From an uncultured Acidobacteriota bacterium (GTDB lineage Bacteria; Acidobacteriota; Vicinamibacteria; Vicinamibacterales; 2-12-FULL-66-21), in NCBI GenBank assembly GCA_963836665.1, contig CAWIKL010000001.1, positions 3,791,818-3,855,817 of the forward strand: 64,000 bases of DNA, given 5' to 3'. Positions within the stretch are counted from its first letter, which is position 1; every line of letters begins with the position of its first letter. Made by a program: the position numbers and the translations under genes. Positions 26,591 to 38,547 of the stretch are shown piece by piece. Under the pieces are notes generated by a model, which worked only from the letters and a program-made list of their open reading frames with translations, was not told the origin of the DNA and searched no databases.

Positions 26591-27342
26591 TACTTGGCCA
26601 GCAGTTCCTTCAGCTTCGTGTCGAACTGCACGTAGGGCATGGCGCCGACGATGATTGGCCCTTCGAGGGTCGTCGCTGTCGTCTTACCGAGCACGAACGT
26701 CGGCGTGCCCCCGACACCGATTTTCGTCCCTTCCAACAAGTCGGCTTCGATGTCGGCGTCGAATTTCGAAGAGGCCGTACACGCAGCGAAGGCTTTCGTG
26801 TCGAGCTTCAGATCGCCTGCCGTCTTCGTGATGTAGTCGGGGGAGAGCAGGTTCGCGTTGGTGACGAGGCTGAACCGCATGTCCCAGAACTTGCCCTGTT
26901 CACCGGCGCAGCGCGCGGCGCGTGCCGCCACCATCGCATGGGGATGGAAGTCGAGCGGAAAGTCGTGGCTGATGTAGCGCAGCTTTCCGGTGTCGATCCA
27001 GTTCTTCTTGATTTCGGCGAACGTGACGGTCGCGTACTGGCGGCAGAAGGGACACTGCAGGTCGGTGAACTCGACCATGGTCAGCGGCGCGTCCTGGCGG
27101 CCGAGGGCGTAGCCCTTCAGGTCGGTTAGCTTGGCGGTCGTCGGCTGCGGGGCGGCCTGCGCCGCGGGCTGCGTCAGGCGATCGAGGAGCGCGTGGATCG
27201 CCTTCAGCTCCTTGAGCATTTCCTCGTTAATCTGCTGCTGGGTCATCGGCATCGGCGCGGGCTGGGCCGGGGCCTGCGCCGAGACGGCGCCGCTGAGCAG
27301 AAGCGCGGCGGGGATCGCCGCCAGAATCCGCGGGAACTTCAT
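26590..27342 (-). CDS. secreted DsbA-family thiol:disulfide oxidoreductase
   Basis: Signal peptide MKFPRILAAIPAALLLSGAVSA. CPFC active site. I place the start at ATG 27342. Confidence 0.85.
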   Translation of the reverse strand: MKFPRILAAIPAALLLSGAVSAQAPAQPAPMPMTQQQINEEMLKELKAIHALLDRLTQPAAQAAPQPTTAKLTDLKGYALGRQDAPLTMVEFTDLQCPFCRQYATVTFAEIKKNWIDTGKLRYISHDFPLDFHPHAMVAARAARCAGEQGKFWDMRFSLVTNANLLSPDYITKTAGDLKLDTKAFAACTASSKFDADIEADLLEGTKIGVGGTPTFVLGKTTATTLEGPIIVGAMPYVQFDTKLKELLAK

Positions 27343-27359
27343 GGATACGTTCGAGTATA

Positions 27360-27373
27360 GCTGATCGATCAGC
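27360..27373. promoter_or_regulatory. perfect 14-bp palindrome GCTGATCGATCAGC in the dsbA-like/regulator divergent spacer
   Basis: Read directly. Confidence 0.35.
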
Positions 27374-27401
27374 GTGGCCCTGGCCGCCGCTTTACAAAAG
27401 C

Positions 27402-27429
27402 ATATCAATGAATGTAGATTTATAGATAT
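27402..27429. promoter_or_regulatory. 28-bp AT-rich imperfect palindrome overlapping the ArsR/SahR-like start codon
   Basis: In ATATCAATGAATGTAGATTTATAGATAT, 11 of 14 symmetric positions are complementary (hand count). Confidence 0.5.
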
Positions 27430-28396
27430 GGATGCGGCCTCGCTGTTCCGGCTGCTTGGCGACGACGCGCGGCTGCGCCTGTTGCGCCTGCTGCAGACCG
27501 AACAGCTGAACGTCTCGGAGCTGACCGGTATTCTCGGCATCGCCCAGTCGGGCGTGTCGCGCCATCTCGGTCTGCTCAAGGACGCCGGGCTGGTCGAGGA
27601 GCGACGCGAGGCCGGCTTTACGTATTTCCGTCTCGCGCCCGCCCTGGTGTCGGGCGGCAACGGCTTCGGACCGGTCTGGCCGCTGCTGCGCGCGCAGTTC
27701 GACGCGGCGTCGGCGAGCCCGCAGGGACGCGCCGACAGCGCGCGGCTCGAAGAGGTGCGCCGGGTCCGCAAGGAGAACTTCGACCAGGATTTCAATCAGC
27801 ACGGAGCTGCCGCCGAGCGCCGACAGATCGTGCCCGGGCGCAGCTGGGCGGCGTGGGCGCGCGCCCTCGGCCACCTGCTGCCGCCCCTCGACGTCGCGGA
27901 TCTTGGCTGCGGCGAGGGCTATCTCACCATCGAGGCCGCGCGTTTTGCTAGGAAGGTAATCGCGGTCGATCGATCGGACGTCGTTCTGGCGCGGGCCAAA
28001 GAAGCCGCCGCACGCCGCAAGCTGAAGAACATCGACTGGAAGCGCGGGGAGCTCGAGCAGCTGCCGCTCAAGGACGGCCTCGTCGACGTGGCGCTTCTGT
28101 CGCAGGCATTGCACCACGCCGCCGATCCGGCCAAGGCCCTCGCCGAAGCCGTTCGTGTCGTCCGTCCCGGTGGCCGCGTGCTCGTGCTCGATCTGCGCCG
28201 CCACGGGGAGCACTGGGTCAAGGACCGGCTCGGCGACCGGTGGCTCGGCTTCGAGGACGGCGAGCTCAGGCGGCTGCTCGAAGCGGCCGGGCTGAGCCAC
28301 GTCAAGGTCACCGCCGGTACGCGCCGGCAGCGCGACCCGTTCACCGTATTAATCGCGAGCGGCAGCCGCCCCGCGACGATCAAGAAGGCCCACTAG
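27428..28396 (+). CDS. ArsR-type HTH fused to SAM-methyltransferase-like domain (SahR-like regulator)
   Basis: ArsR HTH ([30 protein letters not shown]). SAM motif [10 protein letters not shown]. Lies directly upstream of metH, with its stop 2 nt before the metH ATG. Confidence 0.85.
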   Translation: MDAASLFRLLGDDARLRLLRLLQTEQLNVSELTGILGIAQSGVSRHLGLLKDAGLVEERREAGFTYFRLAPALVSGGNGFGPVWPLLRAQFDAASASPQGRADSARLEEVRRVRKENFDQDFNQHGAAAERRQIVPGRSWAAWARALGHLLPPLDVADLGCGEGYLTIEAARFARKVIAVDRSDVVLARAKEAAARRKLKNIDWKRGELEQLPLKDGLVDVALLSQALHHAADPAKALAEAVRVVRPGGRVLVLDLRRHGEHWVKDRLGDRWLGFEDGELRRLLEAAGLSHVKVTAGTRRQRDPFTVLIASGSRPATIKKAH

Positions 28397-28398
28397 AC

Positions 28399-32199
<3,801 letters not shown>

Positions 32200-32203
32200 C
32201 GGC

Positions 32204-33400
32204 TTACTTGTTCGCGGCCTTGACCTGGCTGACGAACGTGTTCACCGACTTGGCGAGCGCGTCCATGATCGCCTTGGAGTGGACCGCCGGCGAGCCTCCC
32301 GCCATTCCACCCTCGCGCATCAACGGCACTTCGACCATGACCAGACCTTTCACGTACGGAAAGGTCGCATCAGCCTGCGCTATCAGCGAGGCGTCGTAGC
32401 GCGACACGCAGGTTCCGTCGGCGAGCCGGCTCGTGACGACGCTGACAAGGACGTAGCTCTCCTCGTTGCCGTAGGGCTGCGACTTGAATCCTGCCGCTGA
32501 CAGGATGCCGGCAATCGACGTCTTGATCTTGTTTTGATCCAGCCCGCACGCAACCGCCTGCGCGCTGAGATCCTCCACTTGTGTTCCGATCACCGTGAGG
32601 CCGCGCAGCTCCGAGCCAGGCGGCAGCACCGGCGGCCGCGCGGCCGGTGCCGAGGGAGCCGTGCCCGTAGCGGAAGGCGGCGCGCCAGGGGCGGCTGGCG
32701 CGTCAGGTGGCGGCAAGCCTGGTGATGCCGTTGTTCCCGACAGGACGGTTCGCTCGTGCTCATCCGGCGGCTCGTAGGTGAGCTTCACCTCGTCCCCGTC
32801 GTGTCCCCGCTCGAGGAAACGGATGTTGACGAGCAGCCGCTTCGGGTTCTCGGTCGGCGTGAAGGTGTAGCGCAGCTGCCGTCCCGACTCGACGTCGAAC
32901 AGCACGATGAAGCTTCCCGAGTCCCACTGCGACCGCGTCGGCAGCACCACGGTGCCGATTGCCAGCTCCTCGACCCGGCCGTCCGGATGGAACGTGCGCG
33001 AGTGCCCCTGGTCGTCCGCGATCGAGACGGCGTTGTCTTTCTGGACGATGGTGATGTGCTCGGGCGGTGTGCGCGCCTCGCCGGTGAGCTGCGTCTTTCT
33101 CGTGCTGTCGTCGGCGCTCTCCCGCGAAAACAGGGGCGCGGGAGTCGCCCCGCCGCCGCCGGATCCCGAGCCGCCGCGGCGGCCGCGGCCACCGCCGCCA
33201 CCGCTACCGCTACCGCCGCTCCTGCCACCCTGCTCGCCGCCGGCCTGCGCCCAATCGTTGCTGAATCCGATCTCCTGAGGCCGCTGCGTCAGCGCGGGGT
33301 TCAGCACCCACACGCCGGCGATGTTCGGTGTCGTCGACTGCGCGGCGGCAGGGGTCGCGAGGGCGACACAGATCAGCAGGCGGACGATCCGGAGGAACAT
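32204..33400 (-). CDS. secreted hypothetical protein with Gly/Arg-rich and Pro/Ala-rich linkers
   Basis: GGGAG Shine-Dalgarno before ATG 33400. Signal peptide MFLRIVRLLICVALATPAAA. Confidence 0.6.
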   Translation of the reverse strand: MFLRIVRLLICVALATPAAAQSTTPNIAGVWVLNPALTQRPQEIGFSNDWAQAGGEQGGRSGGSGSGGGGGRGRRGGSGSGGGGATPAPLFSRESADDSTRKTQLTGEARTPPEHITIVQKDNAVSIADDQGHSRTFHPDGRVEELAIGTVVLPTRSQWDSGSFIVLFDVESGRQLRYTFTPTENPKRLLVNIRFLERGHDGDEVKLTYEPPDEHERTVLSGTTASPGLPPPDAPAAPGAPPSATGTAPSAPAARPPVLPPGSELRGLTVIGTQVEDLSAQAVACGLDQNKIKTSIAGILSAAGFKSQPYGNEESYVLVSVVTSRLADGTCVSRYDASLIAQADATFPYVKGLVMVEVPLMREGGMAGGSPAVHSKAIMDALAKSVNTFVSQVKAANK

Positions 33401-33600
33401 AGGACTCCCGTCAGTACCGGTAACACGGCCGCACCGGCATCGAGCGCATGACGGTCCCAACCGCGGTCGCCTGTGGCTCGGTTGACGCCGCGCTGACGCA
33501 GTTTGGTCGTACTTTCGCAACCGTCTCGCCACAAACCGCCAGTCTGACTGGTTGTAACGGCTGCGGCTGCCAGCGCCGGTGCCGTACGCAAGGAGTCACC

Positions 33601-33939
33601 ATGAAGATTCGATCGTTCGCCATTCTGTTGTGTGTCGTTGCGCTCGGGCTCGTCGCCGCGGCGTGTGGAAGTTCACCGACCTCCGCCACCTCGGTCTCGA
33701 CCGTCACGGTCTCGGGGGGCGTGCCCGGCGTCGGCTCTTCGTCGCAGTTCACGGCCGTGGCGTCGCTCGCAGGCGGCGTCACGCAGGACGTTACGGGCGC
33801 CGCGACCTGGTCGTCCTCCAACACAGCCGTCGCCACGGTTTCCGCGACGGGCCTGGTCAGCGCGGTGGCCGCTGGAAACGCCGTGATCTCGGCCACTTAT
33901 TCGGGCGTCGCCGGCAACGATTCCATCCTGGTCCCGTAG
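33601..33939 (+). CDS. lipoprotein with bacterial Ig-like (Big_2) domain
   Basis: AAGGAG Shine-Dalgarno. Lipobox LVAAAC. Big_2-like TWSSSNTAVATVSATGLVSAVAAGNAVISATY. Confidence 0.7.
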   Translation: MKIRSFAILLCVVALGLVAAACGSSPTSATSVSTVTVSGGVPGVGSSSQFTAVASLAGGVTQDVTGAATWSSSNTAVATVSATGLVSAVAAGNAVISATYSGVAGNDSILVP

Positions 33940-33951
33940 ATTGTCGAATTC

Positions 33952-33971
33952 GCGCCGCCAGGAAGCGGCGC
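33952..33971. terminator. GCGCCGC-CAGGAA-GCGGCGC hairpin at a convergent junction
   Basis: 7-bp GC stem between the stops at 33939 (+) and 33971 (-). Confidence 0.4.
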
Positions 33972-34393
33972 TACAGCTTGTTCGGGCAGCCGGGGCGGCA
34001 GCGGCAGGGTATGGTCTTGTCGCCGATCGTCCGGTAGTCGTAGGTGAGTTCCTCGCCGCGGCTGATGTTGCGCGCCGCGCGGATCCAGATCGTCTTGTCG
34101 ACGATCTGGAAGTAGCAATTCGGCGTGCACGAGTGATTGATGAACCGCGCGACGTTGCCGTCGATATTGGCGTCGCGGCTCCAGACGCGGTTCACGCGGA
34201 ACACCCAGATGCATCCCTGTCTTAGGTACTCCTCTTCGCGTAAGTCGAGCTCCCGCCCGTTTCGAACCAATTCGCCGGCGTAATCGATGATGCGCGTGTT
34301 CTTGTTGATTGCCTCGGCGGCAAACACCCCGTGGCCGTGGACGGCCGACGGCCGCCGTTCGATGGCGGGGAAGTCCTGAATACGCTGGGACAT
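33971..34393 (-). CDS. SET-domain protein (putative lysine methyltransferase)
   Basis: GHGVFA, RFINHSCTPNC, ELTYDY and a post-SET CRCRPGCP motif. I place the start at ATG 34393. Confidence 0.85.
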   Translation of the reverse strand: MSQRIQDFPAIERRPSAVHGHGVFAAEAINKNTRIIDYAGELVRNGRELDLREEEYLRQGCIWVFRVNRVWSRDANIDGNVARFINHSCTPNCYFQIVDKTIWIRAARNISRGEELTYDYRTIGDKTIPCRCRPGCPNKL

Positions 34394-34399
34394 AGGAGA

Positions 34400-34405
34400 A
34401 TCGTA
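34400..34405 (-). promoter_or_regulatory. -10 box TACGAT 6 nt upstream of ATG 34393 (leaderless candidate)
   Basis: Same box and spacing as at 1782. The intervening TCTCCT is not a Shine-Dalgarno. Confidence 0.4.
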
Positions 34406-34499
34406 CGCTATCCTGTGAGACGCCCAACCAACGGCCGGCCCCGGCCGTCTGATTACCGGGATCGTGTGGCGGCGGAGAGTGCCGCCAGTTCGCGCATCG

Positions 34500-35756
34500 A
34501 TGGTGAAAGGAAAGCTCGTTTTCGGCGTCGTTGGCGTCGTGGCGCTTGCCGCGGCGGCGGTTGGCGTACGCCTGCACGCACGCGCGCCGGAGTCCAAAGG
34601 TCCCGGCAGCGCCGCGACATACACCGTGGCGCGGCAGGATTTCGTCCGCATGGTCCGCCTCAATGGCACGGTCGAAGCGGTAGAATCGCACGCCATTCAG
34701 GCGCCGCGCCTCGCCGGCCAGAACAGCAACTCGCTCGTCATCATGCGCCTCGTCCACAACGGCGCGACGGTGAAGCCCGGCGACAGGCTCGTCGAGTTCG
34801 ACCGTCAGGACCAGTTGCGCAACGCGCTCGACCGGCGGGCCGATCTGACCGACCTCGATCAGCAGATCAAGAAACGGCAGGCCGACGAAGTCGCCGCGAA
34901 GGCGAGCGACGAGAGCACGCTGGAGCAGGCGCACAGCGCGCTCGAAAAAGCGCGGCTCGAACTCGTCAAGAACGAGATGCTGCCGAGGATCGAGGCGGAA
35001 AAGAACACGCTGGCCCACGAGGAGGCGATCGCCCGTCTCAAGCAACTGCAGGAAACCTACGATCTCAAGCGCGCCGCCGCGGCGGCGGACGTCAGGGTTC
35101 TCGAGATCCGCCGCGATCGCGCCGCCACCAACATGCAACAGGCGGAACAGAACGCTGAGCGCATGCTGGTCAACTCGCCGCTGCCCGGCGTCGCCGTGAT
35201 CAAGACGACGTGGAAGAGCGGCAACAGCCCGACGGAGTTCGTCGAAGGCGATGAGGTGCGGTCGGGGCAGCCGGTGGTCGAAGTGGTCAATCCCGCCGTG
35301 ATGCGCGTCCGCGCGCGGGTCAACCAGGCCGACATCAACGAGCTGAAGATCGGCCAGCCGGTGCGCGTCGGCCTGGATGCGTATCCCGACCTGGCGTTTC
35401 CCGGCACCGTTACCCAGATCTCGCCGATCGGGCAGCAGTCGTCGCTGTCGCCCAAGGTGCGCAACTTCGTCGTGTTGGTCGTGGTGAGAGGAGCCAGCCC
35501 CAACCTGATGCCCGACCTGACCGCCTCGCTCGACGTCGAGCTCGGACGTACGCTCAACGCGCTGGTGGTGCCGCGCGACTCGGTCGTCTCCGACGGCGAG
35601 AAGGCCTACGTCATGGTGCAGCGCGGCGGCCGCCTCGAGAGGCAGGACGTGGTGCTCGGCGCGGCGAGCGCCTATCAGGCGGTGGTGACGGGCGGCCTGC
35701 AGGAAGGCGTGACCATCGCCCGCAACGCCGCTGCGGCGGCCGAGAAGCCCAGATAG
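34500..35756 (+). CDS. HlyD/MFP-family periplasmic adaptor, copy 1
   Basis: N-terminal TM anchor, lipoyl-like hairpin (VKPGDRLVEFD), long coiled coil, beta-barrel (GQPVRVGLDAYP). Confidence 0.8.
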   Translation: MVKGKLVFGVVGVVALAAAAVGVRLHARAPESKGPGSAATYTVARQDFVRMVRLNGTVEAVESHAIQAPRLAGQNSNSLVIMRLVHNGATVKPGDRLVEFDRQDQLRNALDRRADLTDLDQQIKKRQADEVAAKASDESTLEQAHSALEKARLELVKNEMLPRIEAEKNTLAHEEAIARLKQLQETYDLKRAAAAADVRVLEIRRDRAATNMQQAEQNAERMLVNSPLPGVAVIKTTWKSGNSPTEFVEGDEVRSGQPVVEVVNPAVMRVRARVNQADINELKIGQPVRVGLDAYPDLAFPGTVTQISPIGQQSSLSPKVRNFVVLVVVRGASPNLMPDLTASLDVELGRTLNALVVPRDSVVSDGEKAYVMVQRGGRLERQDVVLGAASAYQAVVTGGLQEGVTIARNAAAAAEKPR

Positions 35757-35760
35757 CCCG

Positions 35761-37026
35761 ATGCGTTTCCTTCGTTCCAGGCGCGGCCTCGCGATCATCG
35801 CCGTCGTCGTGATTCTCATCGCCGCCGGCGTCGCCGCGATGAACGCGGTCGGCACTACGATCCCCAACGCCACGACCGTGGCCGTCACGCACGGCGACTT
35901 CGTTGACTACATCCAGATCCGCGGCGACATCCGCCCCGCCAGGTCGATCGTTCTCAACGCGCCGCTGCAGTCTGGCGGCGACCTGCAGATCACGAAGCTC
36001 GTGAAGAACGGCGCGACGGTCAAGAAGGGGGACATCCTCGTCGAGTTCGACGCCACGTCGCTCGAGCAGCGGCTCGCCGAGCGCAAGTCCGATCTCAAGT
36101 CGGCGGAAGGAGAAATCGAGCAGCTGCAGGCGCAGCAGAAGATTAACGCCGAAGTGCGCCAAACGCAGCTGTTGAAGGCGCAGTACGACGTCGACCGCGC
36201 CAAACTCGATCTCGGCAAGCGCGATCTGGTCTCGCAGATCGAGTACGAAGAGGCGAAGCTGGCCCTCGCGGACGCCGAACAGAAGCAGAAGGAAACGCAG
36301 GCGAAGGTGAAGTCGACCGAGGCCGGCGCCGAAGCCGACGTCGTCGGCAAGCGGCGGAAGCGCGACAAGGCGCAGTTCGACGTCGAGCGCACGCAGGCGG
36401 CGATCGACCAGCTGCGGCTCCACGCGCCTGCCGACGGCACCGTCAACATTCTCGAGAACCCGCGCACCAGCAGCCAGTTCGGCAACGGCGTCGAGTTCCG
36501 TGAAGGCGACCGCGCCTGGGCCGGGGCCGGCATCCTCGAGCTGCCCGACCTGTCATCGATCCACCTCGAAGCCCGACTCGACGAATCCGACCGCGGCCGC
36601 CTCAAGGTCAGTCAGCCGGCCGTCGTGAAGATCGAAGCCGTTCCCGGGAAGGACTTCACCGCGCGCGTCGATCTCATCTCGGTGCTGGCGCGCGTCGATT
36701 TTTCCTCGGGCTGGCCGCCGGTGCGCAACTTCGATCTCGGCCTCGTGCTCGACAGTCCCGATCCGCGCATCCGTCCCGGCATGACCGCGACGGCGCGTAT
36801 CGCCGCCGATCGTCTGCCGAATGCGACGCTCGTGCCGGCCGAGGCCATTTTCCAGAAGGACGGCCGCCCGATCGTCTACCGCCTGAACGGCTCGAAGTTC
36901 GACGAGCAGCCGATCGAGATCGCGCGCCGCGGCCGCGAGCAGGCCGCCGTCAGCACCGGAGTGTCGGCCGGCGACAAGCTCGCCGTGCGCCGCCCCGACC
37001 CCGACCTGATCCGGAGGAAAGGATGA
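35761..37026 (+). CDS. HlyD/MFP-family periplasmic adaptor, copy 2
   Basis: Same architecture as copy 1 (VKKGDILVEFD, coiled coil, HAPADGTV). Confidence 0.8.
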   Translation: MRFLRSRRGLAIIAVVVILIAAGVAAMNAVGTTIPNATTVAVTHGDFVDYIQIRGDIRPARSIVLNAPLQSGGDLQITKLVKNGATVKKGDILVEFDATSLEQRLAERKSDLKSAEGEIEQLQAQQKINAEVRQTQLLKAQYDVDRAKLDLGKRDLVSQIEYEEAKLALADAEQKQKETQAKVKSTEAGAEADVVGKRRKRDKAQFDVERTQAAIDQLRLHAPADGTVNILENPRTSSQFGNGVEFREGDRAWAGAGILELPDLSSIHLEARLDESDRGRLKVSQPAVVKIEAVPGKDFTARVDLISVLARVDFSSGWPPVRNFDLGLVLDSPDPRIRPGMTATARIAADRLPNATLVPAEAIFQKDGRPIVYRLNGSKFDEQPIEIARRGREQAAVSTGVSAGDKLAVRRPDPDLIRRKG

Positions 37027-37124
37027 CCGAACGAGCGACAGCGAGAGAGGCACGCGATCGGAGCGCGCCGGCGAAGCGGCGTGCGAGAACGCATGTAGGG
37101 GGGTCCGGCGGGGCGAACCCCCCC
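37027..37124 (+). repeat. intercistronic repeat, copy A (adaptor 2 to adaptor 3 spacer)
   Basis: The core 37051-37124 is nearly identical to 38466-38539. Hairpins at 37063-37084 and 37110-37121. Confidence 0.85.
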
Positions 37125-37132
37125 GGAAAGAG

Positions 37133-38437
37133 ATGAAGTACGGGCGCCGCATCGCCGCCGCCGTCGTCCTAACCGGGATCGCCGCGGTCGCGGTGGTGTG
37201 GGCGAAGGGATCGCCGGTACTGCCCGACACGCGTCCTTCCGTGCCGATCGCCAAGGTCGTGCGCGGGCCGCTCAAGCTGACGGTCTTCGCGACTGGCGAG
37301 CTGCGCGCCGGCCGGACGATGAACCTCGTGGCGCCGCCGGCGGGCGGCACGTTGCGCATCCTCAAGCTGCTGACGACCGGCACGCCGGTGAAGAAGGACG
37401 AGCCGGTCATCGAGTTCGATCCGGCGGATCAGCAGTTCAACTTCGAACAGGCGAAGTCGGACCTCGACGAAGCGGAGCAGTCGATCGTCAAGATGAAGGC
37501 CGACAACGCCGTGCAGGCATCGCAGGACAAGTTGAACCTGCTGACGGCGCGCTACGACGTCCGCCGCGGCGAGATCGGCGTCCTCGCCAACGAGTTCGTC
37601 GGCGCGATCGAGGCGCAGAAGAACGCGCTGACGCTCGACGAGGCGAAGCAGCATCTCAGTCAGCTGGAGCGCGATGCCGCCGCCCGTGCCGCCACCACCG
37701 CCGCGGCGCTGGCGGTGGTCGACGAGCGCCGCCACAAGGCGGAGCTGGCGATGCAGCGCGCGCAGTCGATCATCGACAACCTCGTCGTCAAGGCGCCGAT
37801 CGACGGGCTGATCGCGGTCAAGGACAACCGCGACGGTCAGCAGTTCATGTTCAGCGGGATGATCCTGCCGGAATACAAGGCCGGCGACACGACGTTCTCC
37901 GGCCGGAACGTCGCCGACGTGATCGAGACTGGGCGGATGGAAGTGCGCGCCAGGGTCACGGAAGTGGACCGCGACAATCTGTCGACCGGCCAGGTCGCGA
38001 CGGTGCAGATCGACGCGCTTCCGGGCCGCACGTTTACCGGCAAAGTGGGCCCGCTCAGCGCCAGCGCGTCGCGCGGCAGCTACTTCGAGACCACCGCGGT
38101 ACGCCAGTTCGACATCACGCTCAATCTCGATCAACCCGACCCGGCGATGCGCGCCGGTTCATCGCTGCGCCTGACGATCGAAGGGCGCGAGATCCCCAAC
38201 GCCCTGCATGTGCCGCGGCAGGCAGTGTTCGAGAAGTCGGGCAAGAACTATGTGTTCCTGCAGAACGGCGATCACTTCGAGCGACACGACGTCAAGGTCG
38301 TCACCGCGACCGAGAGCCGCGCCGTCATCGAAGGACTGCACGATGGCGACGTCATCGCGCTCGTCGATCCCGACGTCGCGACGTCGCGATCCAAGTCGTC
38401 CAGCGGCCCGCTCGCCGGCGCCGGTTCGGCCAAGTAA
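37133..38437 (+). CDS. HlyD/MFP-family periplasmic adaptor, copy 3
   Basis: Same architecture as copies 1 and 2 (VKKDEPVIEFD, coiled coil, KAPIDGLI, GQVATVQIDALPG). Confidence 0.8.
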   Translation: MKYGRRIAAAVVLTGIAAVAVVWAKGSPVLPDTRPSVPIAKVVRGPLKLTVFATGELRAGRTMNLVAPPAGGTLRILKLLTTGTPVKKDEPVIEFDPADQQFNFEQAKSDLDEAEQSIVKMKADNAVQASQDKLNLLTARYDVRRGEIGVLANEFVGAIEAQKNALTLDEAKQHLSQLERDAAARAATTAAALAVVDERRHKAELAMQRAQSIIDNLVVKAPIDGLIAVKDNRDGQQFMFSGMILPEYKAGDTTFSGRNVADVIETGRMEVRARVTEVDRDNLSTGQVATVQIDALPGRTFTGKVGPLSASASRGSYFETTAVRQFDITLNLDQPDPAMRAGSSLRLTIEGREIPNALHVPRQAVFEKSGKNYVFLQNGDHFERHDVKVVTATESRAVIEGLHDGDVIALVDPDVATSRSKSSSGPLAGAGSAK

Positions 38438-38440
38438 GAG

Positions 38441-38539
38441 ATGCGAGCGAGCTGCGCGAGCGAGCCACGCGATCGGAGCGCGCCGGCGAAGCGGCGTGCG
38501 AGAGCGCATGTAGAGGGGTCTGGCGGGGCGAAGCCCCCC
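38441..38539 (+). repeat. intercistronic repeat, copy B (adaptor 3 to permease spacer)
   Basis: CACGCGATCGGAGCGCGCCGGCGAAGCGGCGTGCGAGAGCGCATGTAGAGGGGTCTGGCGGGGCGAAGCCCCCC. Hairpins at 38478-38499 and 38525-38537. Confidence 0.85.
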
Positions 38540-38547
38540 AGTAGGAA

